Assembly: GCA_020201045.1 (NCBI GenBank)
Contig: JAIVHP010000017.1
Span: 1 to 49,530, forward strand
Direction: 5' to 3'
Length of the DNA stretch: 49,530 nt
Source: Flavobacteriales bacterium
Lineage (GTDB): Bacteria > Bacteroidota > Bacteroidia > Flavobacteriales_D > Cryomorphaceae
Shown here piece after piece: positions 26,466 to 34,707 of the stretch (positions are counted from its first letter, which is position 1; each line of letters opens with the position of its first letter). The notes below the pieces were generated by a model. That model was not told where the DNA came from. It saw nothing but the letters and a program-made list of their open reading frames with translations, and did no database searches. Made by a program: the position numbers and the translations under genes.

Positions 26466-27015
26466 ATACTTCGCATGTTTTTTTCTGGTAGCGTTGCTGC
26501 TATCGGGATGCGGCTCTTCGTTTGAAAAGAGTGAAACCTTGAGCGAAGTGCTCGAAGCAAAACCAGAGGGAATCAAGGCGCTCTATTTCTACCCGAGTAC
26601 GATGCGAATGCTGATGGATATTATTGGCACCGAAAAGGTAGGCGCGCTCGAAGGCATTAAAGAAGCCAGGCTGATTTTCCAATGGAACGATGTAAATACG
26701 AATTTCGATTCGTATGCATCCGACATCGAATCCGGAATTCTAACCGAAGACTTTGAATCGCTGATTGAAATGAACGCTTCCGGGACGGACGTCAAAATAT
26801 TTATCCGCGAGTCTAAAGTTCCCGTTTATATTGTTTTTTACAGCGATGGAGAGTACGATTTTATTCTCGAAGCTGTTGGAGAGCTTTCCGATGAAGCCAT
26901 TAAAGAATTGGCTTCTGCTGATATGGGTGGTTTAATCGAACTCTTTAGCGCCGGTAACCAATCCGAATTTATTGAAGATGAAAACGCAAATCAAAACGAC
27001 AATGGCGGGAACTGA
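26446..27015 (+). CDS. lipoprotein, DUF4252-like
   Basis: Lipobox LLLSGC. IKALYFYPSTMRMLMDI...IKEARLIF...FESLIEMNASGTDVKIFIRE...FILEAVGELSDEAIKEL resembles the two neighbouring DUF4252 proteins. Confidence 0.5.
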   Translation: MIRKRNKYFACFFLVALLLSGCGSSFEKSETLSEVLEAKPEGIKALYFYPSTMRMLMDIIGTEKVGALEGIKEARLIFQWNDVNTNFDSYASDIESGILTEDFESLIEMNASGTDVKIFIRESKVPVYIVFYSDGEYDFILEAVGELSDEAIKELASADMGGLIELFSAGNQSEFIEDENANQNDNGGN

Positions 27016-27922
27016 TCAGCCGGACGTAATTTTGAGTATTCAGGGCTTGAGTAAATCTTATGGGAAGGTTTCGGCTGTAAGCGATTTGACCCTGGAAATT
27101 ACGCGGGGACAGGTTTTTGGGTTACTCGGCCCGAATGGCAGCGGTAAATCTACTACGCTCGGTATGATACTGGGCGCTGTTAATCCTTCGGGCGGTACTT
27201 ATTCCTGGTTTGGCGAAACGGGAAATCATCGTTTAAGGCGCAAGATTGGAGCCATCCTGGAAGCTCCCTGCTTTTACGGCTACTTATCCGCAGAGCAAAA
27301 CCTGAGGATTGTCTGCGAAATAAAAAAAGCAGATGTATCCAGAATAGATGTGGTTTTAGAAAGGGTGGGGCTGCTGGCCAGAAAAAACGATGACTTTAAA
27401 ACGTATAGCCTGGGAATGAAGCAAAGGCTGGCCATTGCGTCATCTCTGCTTTCAGATCCGGATGTTTTAATTTTAGACGAACCCACAAACGGACTGGATC
27501 CCAAAGGAATTGCAGATATACGTGAACTTATAGTGAGCCTGGCAAACGAAGGCAGAACCATCGTGCTGGCATCACATCTTTTAGATGAAGTGCAGCGCAT
27601 CTGTACCGACTTTTCAGTATTGAATTTTGGAAAGAAGATATTTCAGGGTAAAGTGAGCGATCTCGCACTTGAAAAGAAACAACTCGAGCTTAAATGCGAT
27701 GATCGCGAAGGCCTGGAGCGCTTTTTAAACCAGTCAAATGCCGTGGTAAGCTTCGAGAAACGCGGAGATGTTTTTTATGCTGCCATTGACGATTCCTGCA
27801 CGGTTACCGATTTTCACCGTTCTTTAATAGATGCCGGTTTGGTTTTGAGTCAGTACAACCAAAGTCCGAATATGCTCGAAAAGAAATTTCTGGAAATTCT
27901 TAAAACGGAAAATCATGCTTAG
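27002..27922 (+). CDS. ABC transporter ATP-binding protein (ABC-2/exporter type)
   Basis: Walker A GPNGSGKST, signature-like YSLGMKQRL, Walker B VLILDEPTNGLD, H-loop ASHLL. Start chosen at ATG 27002. TTG 26972 and ATG 26978 are also possible. Confidence 0.85.
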   Translation: MAGTDQPDVILSIQGLSKSYGKVSAVSDLTLEITRGQVFGLLGPNGSGKSTTLGMILGAVNPSGGTYSWFGETGNHRLRRKIGAILEAPCFYGYLSAEQNLRIVCEIKKADVSRIDVVLERVGLLARKNDDFKTYSLGMKQRLAIASSLLSDPDVLILDEPTNGLDPKGIADIRELIVSLANEGRTIVLASHLLDEVQRICTDFSVLNFGKKIFQGKVSDLALEKKQLELKCDDREGLERFLNQSNAVVSFEKRGDVFYAAIDDSCTVTDFHRSLIDAGLVLSQYNQSPNMLEKKFLEILKTENHA

Positions 27923-28718
27923 ACTGATCCGCATTGAATTTCTCAAGCTAAAACACAACAGGGCGCTGTGGATACTGCTCGCCCTTTACATGGTTTGCCT
28001 GATCGCGATCTCTTTCAGTGGTGGAGTTATATTGAAAGTCATGGCCGGTATGGGGATTTCATATCAGGCCATCGACCCCACGGTCATCCCCATTTACGAC
28101 TTTGAAGATATATGGCAGAACCTCGCGTATTTGGGGTATTTCTTCAAAATATTCCCAGCCTTTTTACTCATTATTTCCATTACAAATGAATTTAGCTATA
28201 AAACCCATCGCCAAAATATAATTGATGGCTTGTCGCGCCGGGAGTTTTTTCTGTCGAAACTGAGTTTTGCTTCCTTTCTCGCTTTGCTTTCGGCGGGCCT
28301 TCTCCTTTTACTTGGGCTTATTCTAGGGTTTTCCAACTCATCTGTTACTTCGTGGGAGGCTATAACGCGTAATATTTTCTTTATTCCCGTCCACGCATTT
28401 CAAATACTGCTCTTTTTCCTGTTTGCTATGTTCCTGGCTCTGCTCATCCGTAAATCGGGTATAACAGTGGTTTTGCTACTGATGTACGCGTGGTTTCTCG
28501 AGCCAATAGCAGCGGGTATTACCGAGTATTATTACCCCTTTTTGGGCTCGTTATTTCCGCTCGAAGCGATTGGCAATCTCATCCACTTTCCCTTTTCAAA
28601 GTACGTACTGATGTACACCCAGGATTTTGTGAGCATGGCTGATTTTTCTAAGGCAATGGGTTGGTGCGGCATTCTCATCCTGGGAATTTACTACCAACTG
28701 GTAAAGCGAGATTTCTAG
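27915..28718 (+). CDS. ABC-2 type transporter permease
   Basis: 267 aa with about 6 hydrophobic helices. Its start overlaps the ATPase stop by 8 nt (ATGCTTAG). Confidence 0.65.
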   Translation: MLRLIRIEFLKLKHNRALWILLALYMVCLIAISFSGGVILKVMAGMGISYQAIDPTVIPIYDFEDIWQNLAYLGYFFKIFPAFLLIISITNEFSYKTHRQNIIDGLSRREFFLSKLSFASFLALLSAGLLLLLGLILGFSNSSVTSWEAITRNIFFIPVHAFQILLFFLFAMFLALLIRKSGITVVLLLMYAWFLEPIAAGITEYYYPFLGSLFPLEAIGNLIHFPFSKYVLMYTQDFVSMADFSKAMGWCGILILGIYYQLVKRDF

Positions 28719-29161
28719 AGATCAGACCGAACAACTTTCCAGGTGTGATCTGACAGGAGTTTTACGCTGGCAACGAAATGTTTGAAAGGAACGCTGGCTC
28801 CCCATTCTTCAGGCGATACCATAGAAAGTACAAACGCTTCTTCTTCGCGTGCATACAGGTGGTAAATCTTACCTACTACCGGCGAAAAGCTCATTTTGGC
28901 GCTGTAAACGGCCTTTGAAACTTCGTAGCGTTGCTTTATTTCGTCTGCCTGCTTTGCCAAAAGCGCGATTTGCTCTTTGATTTGATCGAGCTGCATGTCG
29001 CACTGTTCTTCCATCGACGACATGGCCGAACTTTTAATCGCCCCTTCTTTTGAAGGGCTAAAGGCTGGGCTGCCAATGGTGTGCGGGTAGGGGATTAATC
29101 CCGGGTTTTCCGAAACTTTATCCGGGTCTATTGGATTTATAATTTTCTTTTTGTCACTCAT
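28715..29161 (-). CDS. conserved hypothetical protein (DUF2452-like)
   Basis: 148-aa ORF with normal-looking composition. The GSPAFSP...coiled segment...GKIYHLY pattern recalls Bacteroidota DUF2452, from memory only. Confidence 0.45.
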   Translation of the reverse strand: MSDKKKIINPIDPDKVSENPGLIPYPHTIGSPAFSPSKEGAIKSSAMSSMEEQCDMQLDQIKEQIALLAKQADEIKQRYEVSKAVYSAKMSFSPVVGKIYHLYAREEEAFVLSMVSPEEWGASVPFKHFVASVKLLSDHTWKVVRSDL

Positions 29162-29165
29162 AAAT

Positions 29166-29681
29166 CTAATTTAAATACATCTCTTTTAATCGGGCAAAGG
29201 TAGCATTGAATTTGTGGAGTATCTCACCATTAAAGCCGCGTTGGGCTAAATATTGCTGGTGCATCAGGTAAAGCTTATCGTAATCGTTGCGGCTTAGAAC
29301 TTTTGCAGTTACCATTGCTCTGAAACACCTGTGGTAGGACAAAAGCTCATCCTTCGATTTACACGAAACCCGTTTCTGATGGCGCTCCGAATTGGATAGA
29401 TTCAACGCATTGGTAATAAAGGTCAGGCTCGTCTCGCTGTAATAATCCGACCGACCCAAAATATCGCTGAGCATTTTTTCCACGATATGATGTCTCAATC
29501 CAAGATGCAACTCAACGAAAATTTCATCATCGTAGGGGAGGGCATTCACAATAATTTGAGATCTACCGAATGAAGTGTTTCGGTAAAAGTGAAGTTCATT
29601 ATCTGCCTGATAGTATTTCTTATGCTCAAAATATGGGTAGAGATGTTGGGCTAAAATCTCACCCGAATTGTGAATTTTCAT
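29166..29681 (-). CDS. hypothetical protein
   Basis: 171-aa ORF, 4 nt upstream of the previous gene on the same strand. I recognise no motif. Confidence 0.4.
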   Translation of the reverse strand: MKIHNSGEILAQHLYPYFEHKKYYQADNELHFYRNTSFGRSQIIVNALPYDDEIFVELHLGLRHHIVEKMLSDILGRSDYYSETSLTFITNALNLSNSERHQKRVSCKSKDELLSYHRCFRAMVTAKVLSRNDYDKLYLMHQQYLAQRGFNGEILHKFNATFARLKEMYLN

Positions 29682-29724
29682 GTAGGTATAACACGGGTAT
29701 TTAATCCTTGTTCGAGAATAAATA

Positions 29725-29806
29725 TGTTACATATGTGAACAGACGGGAAGCGTTTGAGCGTTGCTGACTTCCAGCGATTCCATCTTGAGTGTTACAAATG
29801 TGTACA
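29725..29806. promoter_or_regulatory. two 17-nt operator-like boxes TGTTACAnATGTGnACA in a divergent intergenic region
   Basis: TGTTACATATGTGAACA (29725-29741) and TGTTACAAATGTGTACA (29790-29806) match at 15 of 17 positions and their starts are 65 nt apart. They lie between the divergent genes at 29681 (-) and 29927 (+, HTH protein). Confidence 0.3.
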
Positions 29807-29926
29807 ATTTTAATTGCGTGTATGGCAATTTTATAAGTAACACTATAGCAGTTATATACATGCTTTATTTGTAAACGTAGTTTAGATTAAGGGCACGTGT
29901 AAGATCAAAACTGTGGTGAATTAGAA

Positions 29927-30319
29927 ATGCGTATTGCAGCGAATATGTTTACATTTGTCTCGGTGGAAATCAAGGACCGCATAGCGACCGTAATTAAGGT
30001 GAATCAACACACTGCATCTTCCTTTGCCGAAAAGTTGGGAGTGCAGCGCTCAAGTGTTTCGCATGTCTTGAATGGCAGGAATAAACCTTCGATAGATTTT
30101 ATTCAGAAAATGCTCGAAACATTTCCGCGGGTTGATGCGGGTTGGTTAATTACCGGAAAGAATCCCAGTCAGAAAACTGAAGAAAGAATTGTTCCCGATG
30201 AGCCTGAGGTCGAAAACCCCGAATTCAAGCAACCCACCCAAAACGAAAAAAAAGAAATTAAAAAAATTGTAGTTTTCTATTCCGATCATACATTTGACAG
30301 CTATGAGCAAGGAACTTAA
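29927..30319 (+). CDS. helix-turn-helix (XRE-like) DNA-binding protein
   Basis: IKDRIATVIKVNQHTASSFAEKLGVQRSSVSHVLNGRNKPSIDFIQKMLETFPRVDAGWLITGK is a typical Bacteroidota HTH_XRE-type module. The exact start is uncertain. Confidence 0.65.
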   Translation: MRIAANMFTFVSVEIKDRIATVIKVNQHTASSFAEKLGVQRSSVSHVLNGRNKPSIDFIQKMLETFPRVDAGWLITGKNPSQKTEERIVPDEPEVENPEFKQPTQNEKKEIKKIVVFYSDHTFDSYEQGT

Positions 30320-30794
30320 GAAGGCTTTATTTTTAGATCGGGATGGGGTGATAAACCACGATCCCGGCGATTACACGAGATCTCTAAATGAGTTCACAAT
30401 TCTGCCAGGGGTTATTGAATTTCTGCAGGAGCACAGTAAGAAAGGATATGCGATCATCGTCGTCACCAATCAAGGGGGAATAGCAAAAGGAGAGTATTCG
30501 CTGAACGATTTCTATGAGATTGATGCATATATGGGTAGTGCTTTCGCGGAAGCTGGAATCAACTACATCGAAACTTATTTTTGTCCGCACCACGATGTAG
30601 TGGGAAAGTGTCTTTGCAGAAAGCCGGGATCGGGGATGCTCGAGAAAGCCGTTCATCGACACGGGATAGACCCGGAACAATCAGTTATGATAGGAGATAA
30701 ATGGAGAGATATCGAAGCCGGAGAAGGTGCGGGGATCCGCGGTGTGAAAGTAGATGTTAACCAGGATTTGCGAACGGTAGATTTGGGCTTTTAA
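30303..30794 (+). CDS. gmhB: D-glycero-D-manno-heptose 1,7-bisphosphate phosphatase-like HAD hydrolase
   Basis: HAD motif I FLDRDGVIN, VVTNQGGIAKG, and the zinc-site-like CPHH....C.CRKPGSGM. Start placed at MSKELKK. Confidence 0.75.
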   Translation: MSKELKKALFLDRDGVINHDPGDYTRSLNEFTILPGVIEFLQEHSKKGYAIIVVTNQGGIAKGEYSLNDFYEIDAYMGSAFAEAGINYIETYFCPHHDVVGKCLCRKPGSGMLEKAVHRHGIDPEQSVMIGDKWRDIEAGEGAGIRGVKVDVNQDLRTVDLGF

Positions 30795-30805
30795 GCCATT
30801 CCCGA

Positions 30806-31378
30806 TCAATCTATTTTTACGTGGCCCCAGTTTTCGCCCGACTTAATGCGGTATAACTGCATTTCGCTGATTCCAAACTGTTTGGCAATAATTTTTAACC
30901 GTGTTTTTCGATTGGGATCAAAGATTTTCTTCTTTATTCTAATCACATCTGTGGTGCTGAGTTTGTGACCTTTATAAGGCTTGCGGATTTTTCGCTTTTC
31001 CCGGCTCTCAATTACAAATGGACTCTTTTGCTGATGCCTTTCCATTTCTTTCTTAGTCGCCCATGCCAGGTTGTCCACGTGGTTATTCAACTTGTTGTAA
31101 TCCAGGTGAATCACGTAGGTTCGGTCGGGGTTTTTATTTTTAATGAATTGCTGAGCCACCATTTTGTGGATGTAAAACGTTTTTGACTTACCGAAGGGTC
31201 GACATACAAACGTGGGATATCCGCCCAATTTACCGCCCTTTAGCAGTCTTCCGTCTTCGTCGAAGCCCTTCGAGAAACTTACAACTCTTCCGAAATTAGA
31301 AAGGGCGTAATTTAGTCTGAGCGCTCCTTTTTCAAATGGTACCGATTTCCACTCTTCCGCCGGGAAAGATCTAATCAT
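30806..31378 (-). CDS. free-standing NUMOD4 / HNH_3 homing-endonuclease-like protein with a C-terminal HTH
   Basis: N-terminus EEWKSVPF...YALSNFGRVVS (NUMOD4). HKMVAQQFI.N....YVIHLDYNKLNNHVDNLAWATKKE (HNH_3). C-terminus IIAKQFGISEMQLYRIKSGENWGHV. Confidence 0.65.
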   Translation of the reverse strand: MIRSFPAEEWKSVPFEKGALRLNYALSNFGRVVSFSKGFDEDGRLLKGGKLGGYPTFVCRPFGKSKTFYIHKMVAQQFIKNKNPDRTYVIHLDYNKLNNHVDNLAWATKKEMERHQQKSPFVIESREKRKIRKPYKGHKLSTTDVIRIKKKIFDPNRKTRLKIIAKQFGISEMQLYRIKSGENWGHVKID

Positions 31379-31518
31379 AGTTACAGGATATGGAAAACAA
31401 ACACCATTCTTCGATAAATTGTTCTAACGGCCATCTATAAATGTTGAAGATTAAAATTTACCAATGACTAACTTTACGGTATTGGGCTTGTTATTTCACC
31501 AAAGCTCACAAAGAATTT

Positions 31519-32229
31519 ATGCAGTACTTACTATACCTGGAGTTCACTTTTAAACCCTTTGCAGATAAAAAATACGCCTTTGCGAATATGGGGCGCAAAC
31601 AGGTTTTTAAGGAAGGAATGAAGGGGCTTCGTTTTCTAAAAGCCATGGGTACAGGTGCCGGAAACGGATTTAGTGCAATTCCCGATTTTTCGAGGTATGC
31701 CTTTATTATGCTATTCGAGTCAAAGAACACCGCCGAAAAGAGTTTGAAAAACAACCCGGTTTTTCAAAGGTATTTCTCGCGGGCAGATCACTTTTTGAAA
31801 TGTCATTTATTACCTGTTATGGTGCACGGCACCTGGGGCGGGGTTCAGCCTTTTGAGATAGAAGGAAAAGCCACGCCCGAAGATTCGGTGGCTGTTATTA
31901 CCCGGGCAAGGATAAATACTGCGAAGATTTTTGAATTTTGGTGGAATGTTTCTGAAGCTGGCAATTTTATGAAAAGCCGAAAAGAAGCGATTTATCAGGT
32001 TGGTATTGGGGAGTACCCCATATTTATGCAGGCCACTTTCAGCATGTGGGAGAGTATGGATGCAATGAAGAAGGCTGCTTATGATGGAACCCCTCACGCT
32101 GAGATCGTCAAAAAAACACGCGAGCGGAACTGGTATTCCGAAGAGATGTTTTCCGTTTTTAAATACGATGTTTTAGCTCTTCGCGGAAGCAGGTATCAAA
32201 ACATCCAAAAAAAACTTACTCTTTTCTAA
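31519..32229 (+). CDS. spheroidene monooxygenase (CrtA)-like / DUF3291-type protein
   Basis: KYAFANMG....[34 protein letters not shown] resembles the CrtA-like family N-terminus. Assigned from memory, at family level only. Confidence 0.45.
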   Translation: MQYLLYLEFTFKPFADKKYAFANMGRKQVFKEGMKGLRFLKAMGTGAGNGFSAIPDFSRYAFIMLFESKNTAEKSLKNNPVFQRYFSRADHFLKCHLLPVMVHGTWGGVQPFEIEGKATPEDSVAVITRARINTAKIFEFWWNVSEAGNFMKSRKEAIYQVGIGEYPIFMQATFSMWESMDAMKKAAYDGTPHAEIVKKTRERNWYSEEMFSVFKYDVLALRGSRYQNIQKKLTLF

Positions 32230-32695
32230 ATTCTAAGCTTACTGAATTGATGCAATACCGCAGCCCCGTTGGCTTTGGGCCATCTTCAAAAACGTGCCCG
32301 AGATGCCCGCCACAGCGGCCGCATACTACTTCTCTTCGAACCATCCCAAGGCTTTCGTCCCGGAGCTCCATTACGTTTTCTTTGCTTACAATGTCGTAAA
32401 AACTCGGCCAGCCTGTTCCCGACTTAAATTTAGTTTCCGATTCAAATAAAGGCAACTCACAGGCCGCGCACAGGTAGGTACCATCTTCTTTGTTGTCCCA
32501 GTACTTTCCGGTAAAGGCGCGCTCGGTTCCCTTTTCGCGAAGAACGCGGTATTCAAGATCCGAAAGCTCTTCTCTCCATTCCTTTTCTGATTTTTGAATT
32601 TTAAAATCACCTTGATTTTCGGCCGACTCATTAGTCTGTGCGCACGCTGCAAGAGCCGAAACCAGTAGAAATGATAAGATAATTTGAATTTTCAT
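32216..32695 (-). CDS. msrB: peptide-methionine (R)-S-oxide reductase, exported/lipoprotein form
   Basis: Lipobox-like LAAC. Motifs [45 protein letters not shown] and RYCINS. Confidence 0.85.
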   Translation of the reverse strand: MKIQIILSFLLVSALAACAQTNESAENQGDFKIQKSEKEWREELSDLEYRVLREKGTERAFTGKYWDNKEDGTYLCAACELPLFESETKFKSGTGWPSFYDIVSKENVMELRDESLGMVRREVVCGRCGGHLGHVFEDGPKPTGLRYCINSVSLEFRKE

Positions 32696-32785
32696 AATGT
32701 TATTTCTTAGTAAATAAACGTTTCAGGTGTTGGTATAGTTTTTACTTGTGATAATTTCACCTTTCGGCAAGATTAAGTTAAAGGT

Positions 32786-34591
32786 ATGGATGATTTAAGC
32801 AAGCAAAAGCACAGCAGTGGAACGCGAGCAGATTGGTTGAGTTTAGCGGGTCTTTCTAAGCTTATGATGGGAGTTCTTAAAATGAACCGCCTAAACGATG
32901 TTTACAGTCGCCATAGCGATGCATCGCCCCATGAGTTTATTGATAATATTCTACGCGAGTTGGAAATAACCGCAGAACTGAATGAGAAGGATTTAAAACG
33001 GATTCCCAAAAAGGGTGGGGCCGTCGTTGTTGCAAATCATCCACTCGGTGGAATAGATGGCTTGCTTCTGGTTAAACTGTTAAGCGCAGTTAGGCCAGAT
33101 ATCAAGGTGATGGCCAATTTTTTACTTCCGTCTGCCGAAGTATTGGACGACTATTTTATATCGATAAATCCCTTCGAAACGGCCAAGCGCCTCGAAGAAC
33201 GGTTTAAAGGTATTCGGCAGGCGCGTAAACACGTTGAAAGTGGCGGGCTTCTCTGCGTTTTTCCCGCTGGAAGGGTGAGCTATTACGATTTGAAGACAAA
33301 CACCATTAGAGATAAAGAGTGGCAACCTTCCGTATTGCGTTTTATAAAATCGCTCGAATTGCCTGTTCTGCCCGTCTGTTTTTCAGGCAGTAATGCCGCC
33401 TTATTTCACCTGCTCGGCCTGGTTAATCCCAAGCTCAAACTCAGTAAAACGCCTTCGCAGTTCTTTAGTGGCAAAGACCGAAATATAAAATTAAGGGTCG
33501 GTTCTCCAATTGGTTACGACGAACAATCGGAGTTTGAGAATATTTACGAATACGGTAGGTATCTCCGCACCAGAACTTATCTTCTGGGAAAGCCCATAAC
33601 CATCAAACCCTTCTTCAGGCCTAAACTTTTCAAGAAAAAGTCGCAGGATATTGGGATTGAAACCGATAAAGCCGCAATTCAACGGGAGATCGATAATTTG
33701 AATGGAACGAATGCCCTTCTTTACCAGACCAAAGAATATCAGGTTTTCTGGGCGAATTCAGAAGATATTCCAAATGTGCTTTACGAAATTGGCCGGCTCA
33801 GGGAGATCACATTTCGGGAAGTGGGGGAAGGAACTGGCAAAAATATCGACCTCGATGAATACGATTTATACTACCGCCATCTCTTCATTTGGGATTCAGA
33901 AAATGCAAAAATAGTGGGAGCCTACAGGTTGGGAATGGGGAAGGAGATCATTGAAAGATATGGCAAAAGGGGCTTTTACATAAACTCTTTATTTAAGCTC
34001 AAGTCGGGGTTTGTAAATATTCTTTCAGAATCTATCGAGCTGGGCAGATCCTTTGTGGTAAAAGAATACCAGCTCAAACCGCTCTCGCTTTATTTGCTTT
34101 GGAAGGGGATACTCTATTTTATTTTAAAAAATCCAACGTACCGATACCTTATTGGGCCGGTTACCATAAGCGGTGAGTTTTCGAATTACTCGAAGTTTAT
34201 GATCACCTCATTTGTTAAGGCGCACCACTTCGACGATCAACTCGCCGAACTTGTGCAGCCGAGAAAAGAGTACATTCCAAAAATTGTAAAGGAAGACACA
34301 GATCCGGAATCGATGAGCAAAATTGCTAAGGAGGACTTAAAGCGTCTTGATAAAATGATTGACGAAATAGAAATGGGTAATTTCCGGCTTCCAGCCCTGT
34401 TGAAAAAATACCTCGGTCAGAATGCAAAAATCGTAGCTTTTAATGTAGATCCGCATTTTAACGATGCACTGGATGGTTTGTTGGTGATGGATATGTACAA
34501 CGTACCACTCGCAACGATAGAAGGACTTTCGAAGGAAATGAACGATAGTGAAATACTGCGTAATTTCCCGGGAAATAAACCCGTGTTGTAG
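32786..34591 (+). CDS. bifunctional acyltransferase: N-terminal PlsC-like plus C-terminal OlsB/hemolysin-like GNAT (OlsF-like aminolipid synthase candidate)
   Basis: 601 aa. The N-terminal part has VVANHPLGGIDGLLL and FPAGRVS (acyltransferase blocks). The C-terminal half has LRE(I)TFREVGEGTGK..DLDEYD and RLGMG (lyso-ornithine-lipid N-acyltransferase-like). Confidence 0.6.
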   Translation: MDDLSKQKHSSGTRADWLSLAGLSKLMMGVLKMNRLNDVYSRHSDASPHEFIDNILRELEITAELNEKDLKRIPKKGGAVVVANHPLGGIDGLLLVKLLSAVRPDIKVMANFLLPSAEVLDDYFISINPFETAKRLEERFKGIRQARKHVESGGLLCVFPAGRVSYYDLKTNTIRDKEWQPSVLRFIKSLELPVLPVCFSGSNAALFHLLGLVNPKLKLSKTPSQFFSGKDRNIKLRVGSPIGYDEQSEFENIYEYGRYLRTRTYLLGKPITIKPFFRPKLFKKKSQDIGIETDKAAIQREIDNLNGTNALLYQTKEYQVFWANSEDIPNVLYEIGRLREITFREVGEGTGKNIDLDEYDLYYRHLFIWDSENAKIVGAYRLGMGKEIIERYGKRGFYINSLFKLKSGFVNILSESIELGRSFVVKEYQLKPLSLYLLWKGILYFILKNPTYRYLIGPVTISGEFSNYSKFMITSFVKAHHFDDQLAELVQPRKEYIPKIVKEDTDPESMSKIAKEDLKRLDKMIDEIEMGNFRLPALLKKYLGQNAKIVAFNVDPHFNDALDGLLVMDMYNVPLATIEGLSKEMNDSEILRNFPGNKPVL

Positions 34592-34707
34592 TTTAGTGTC
34601 GAGATTGGTACTAAATTTGCCACCGAAGGTGAGCAAGAATAAACCTTTGACGCTTTTTAGCGTAAACATTATTTAATTGAATAACGAAATTGCATAACCC
34701 CTTCTCA

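Noticed and set aside
30806-31378. Prophage or integrative element around the HNH gene
   Set aside because: There is no integrase, terminase, capsid or repressor gene, and no att-like repeats nearby. Both flanks are ordinary chromosomal genes at 11 nt and 140 nt distance.
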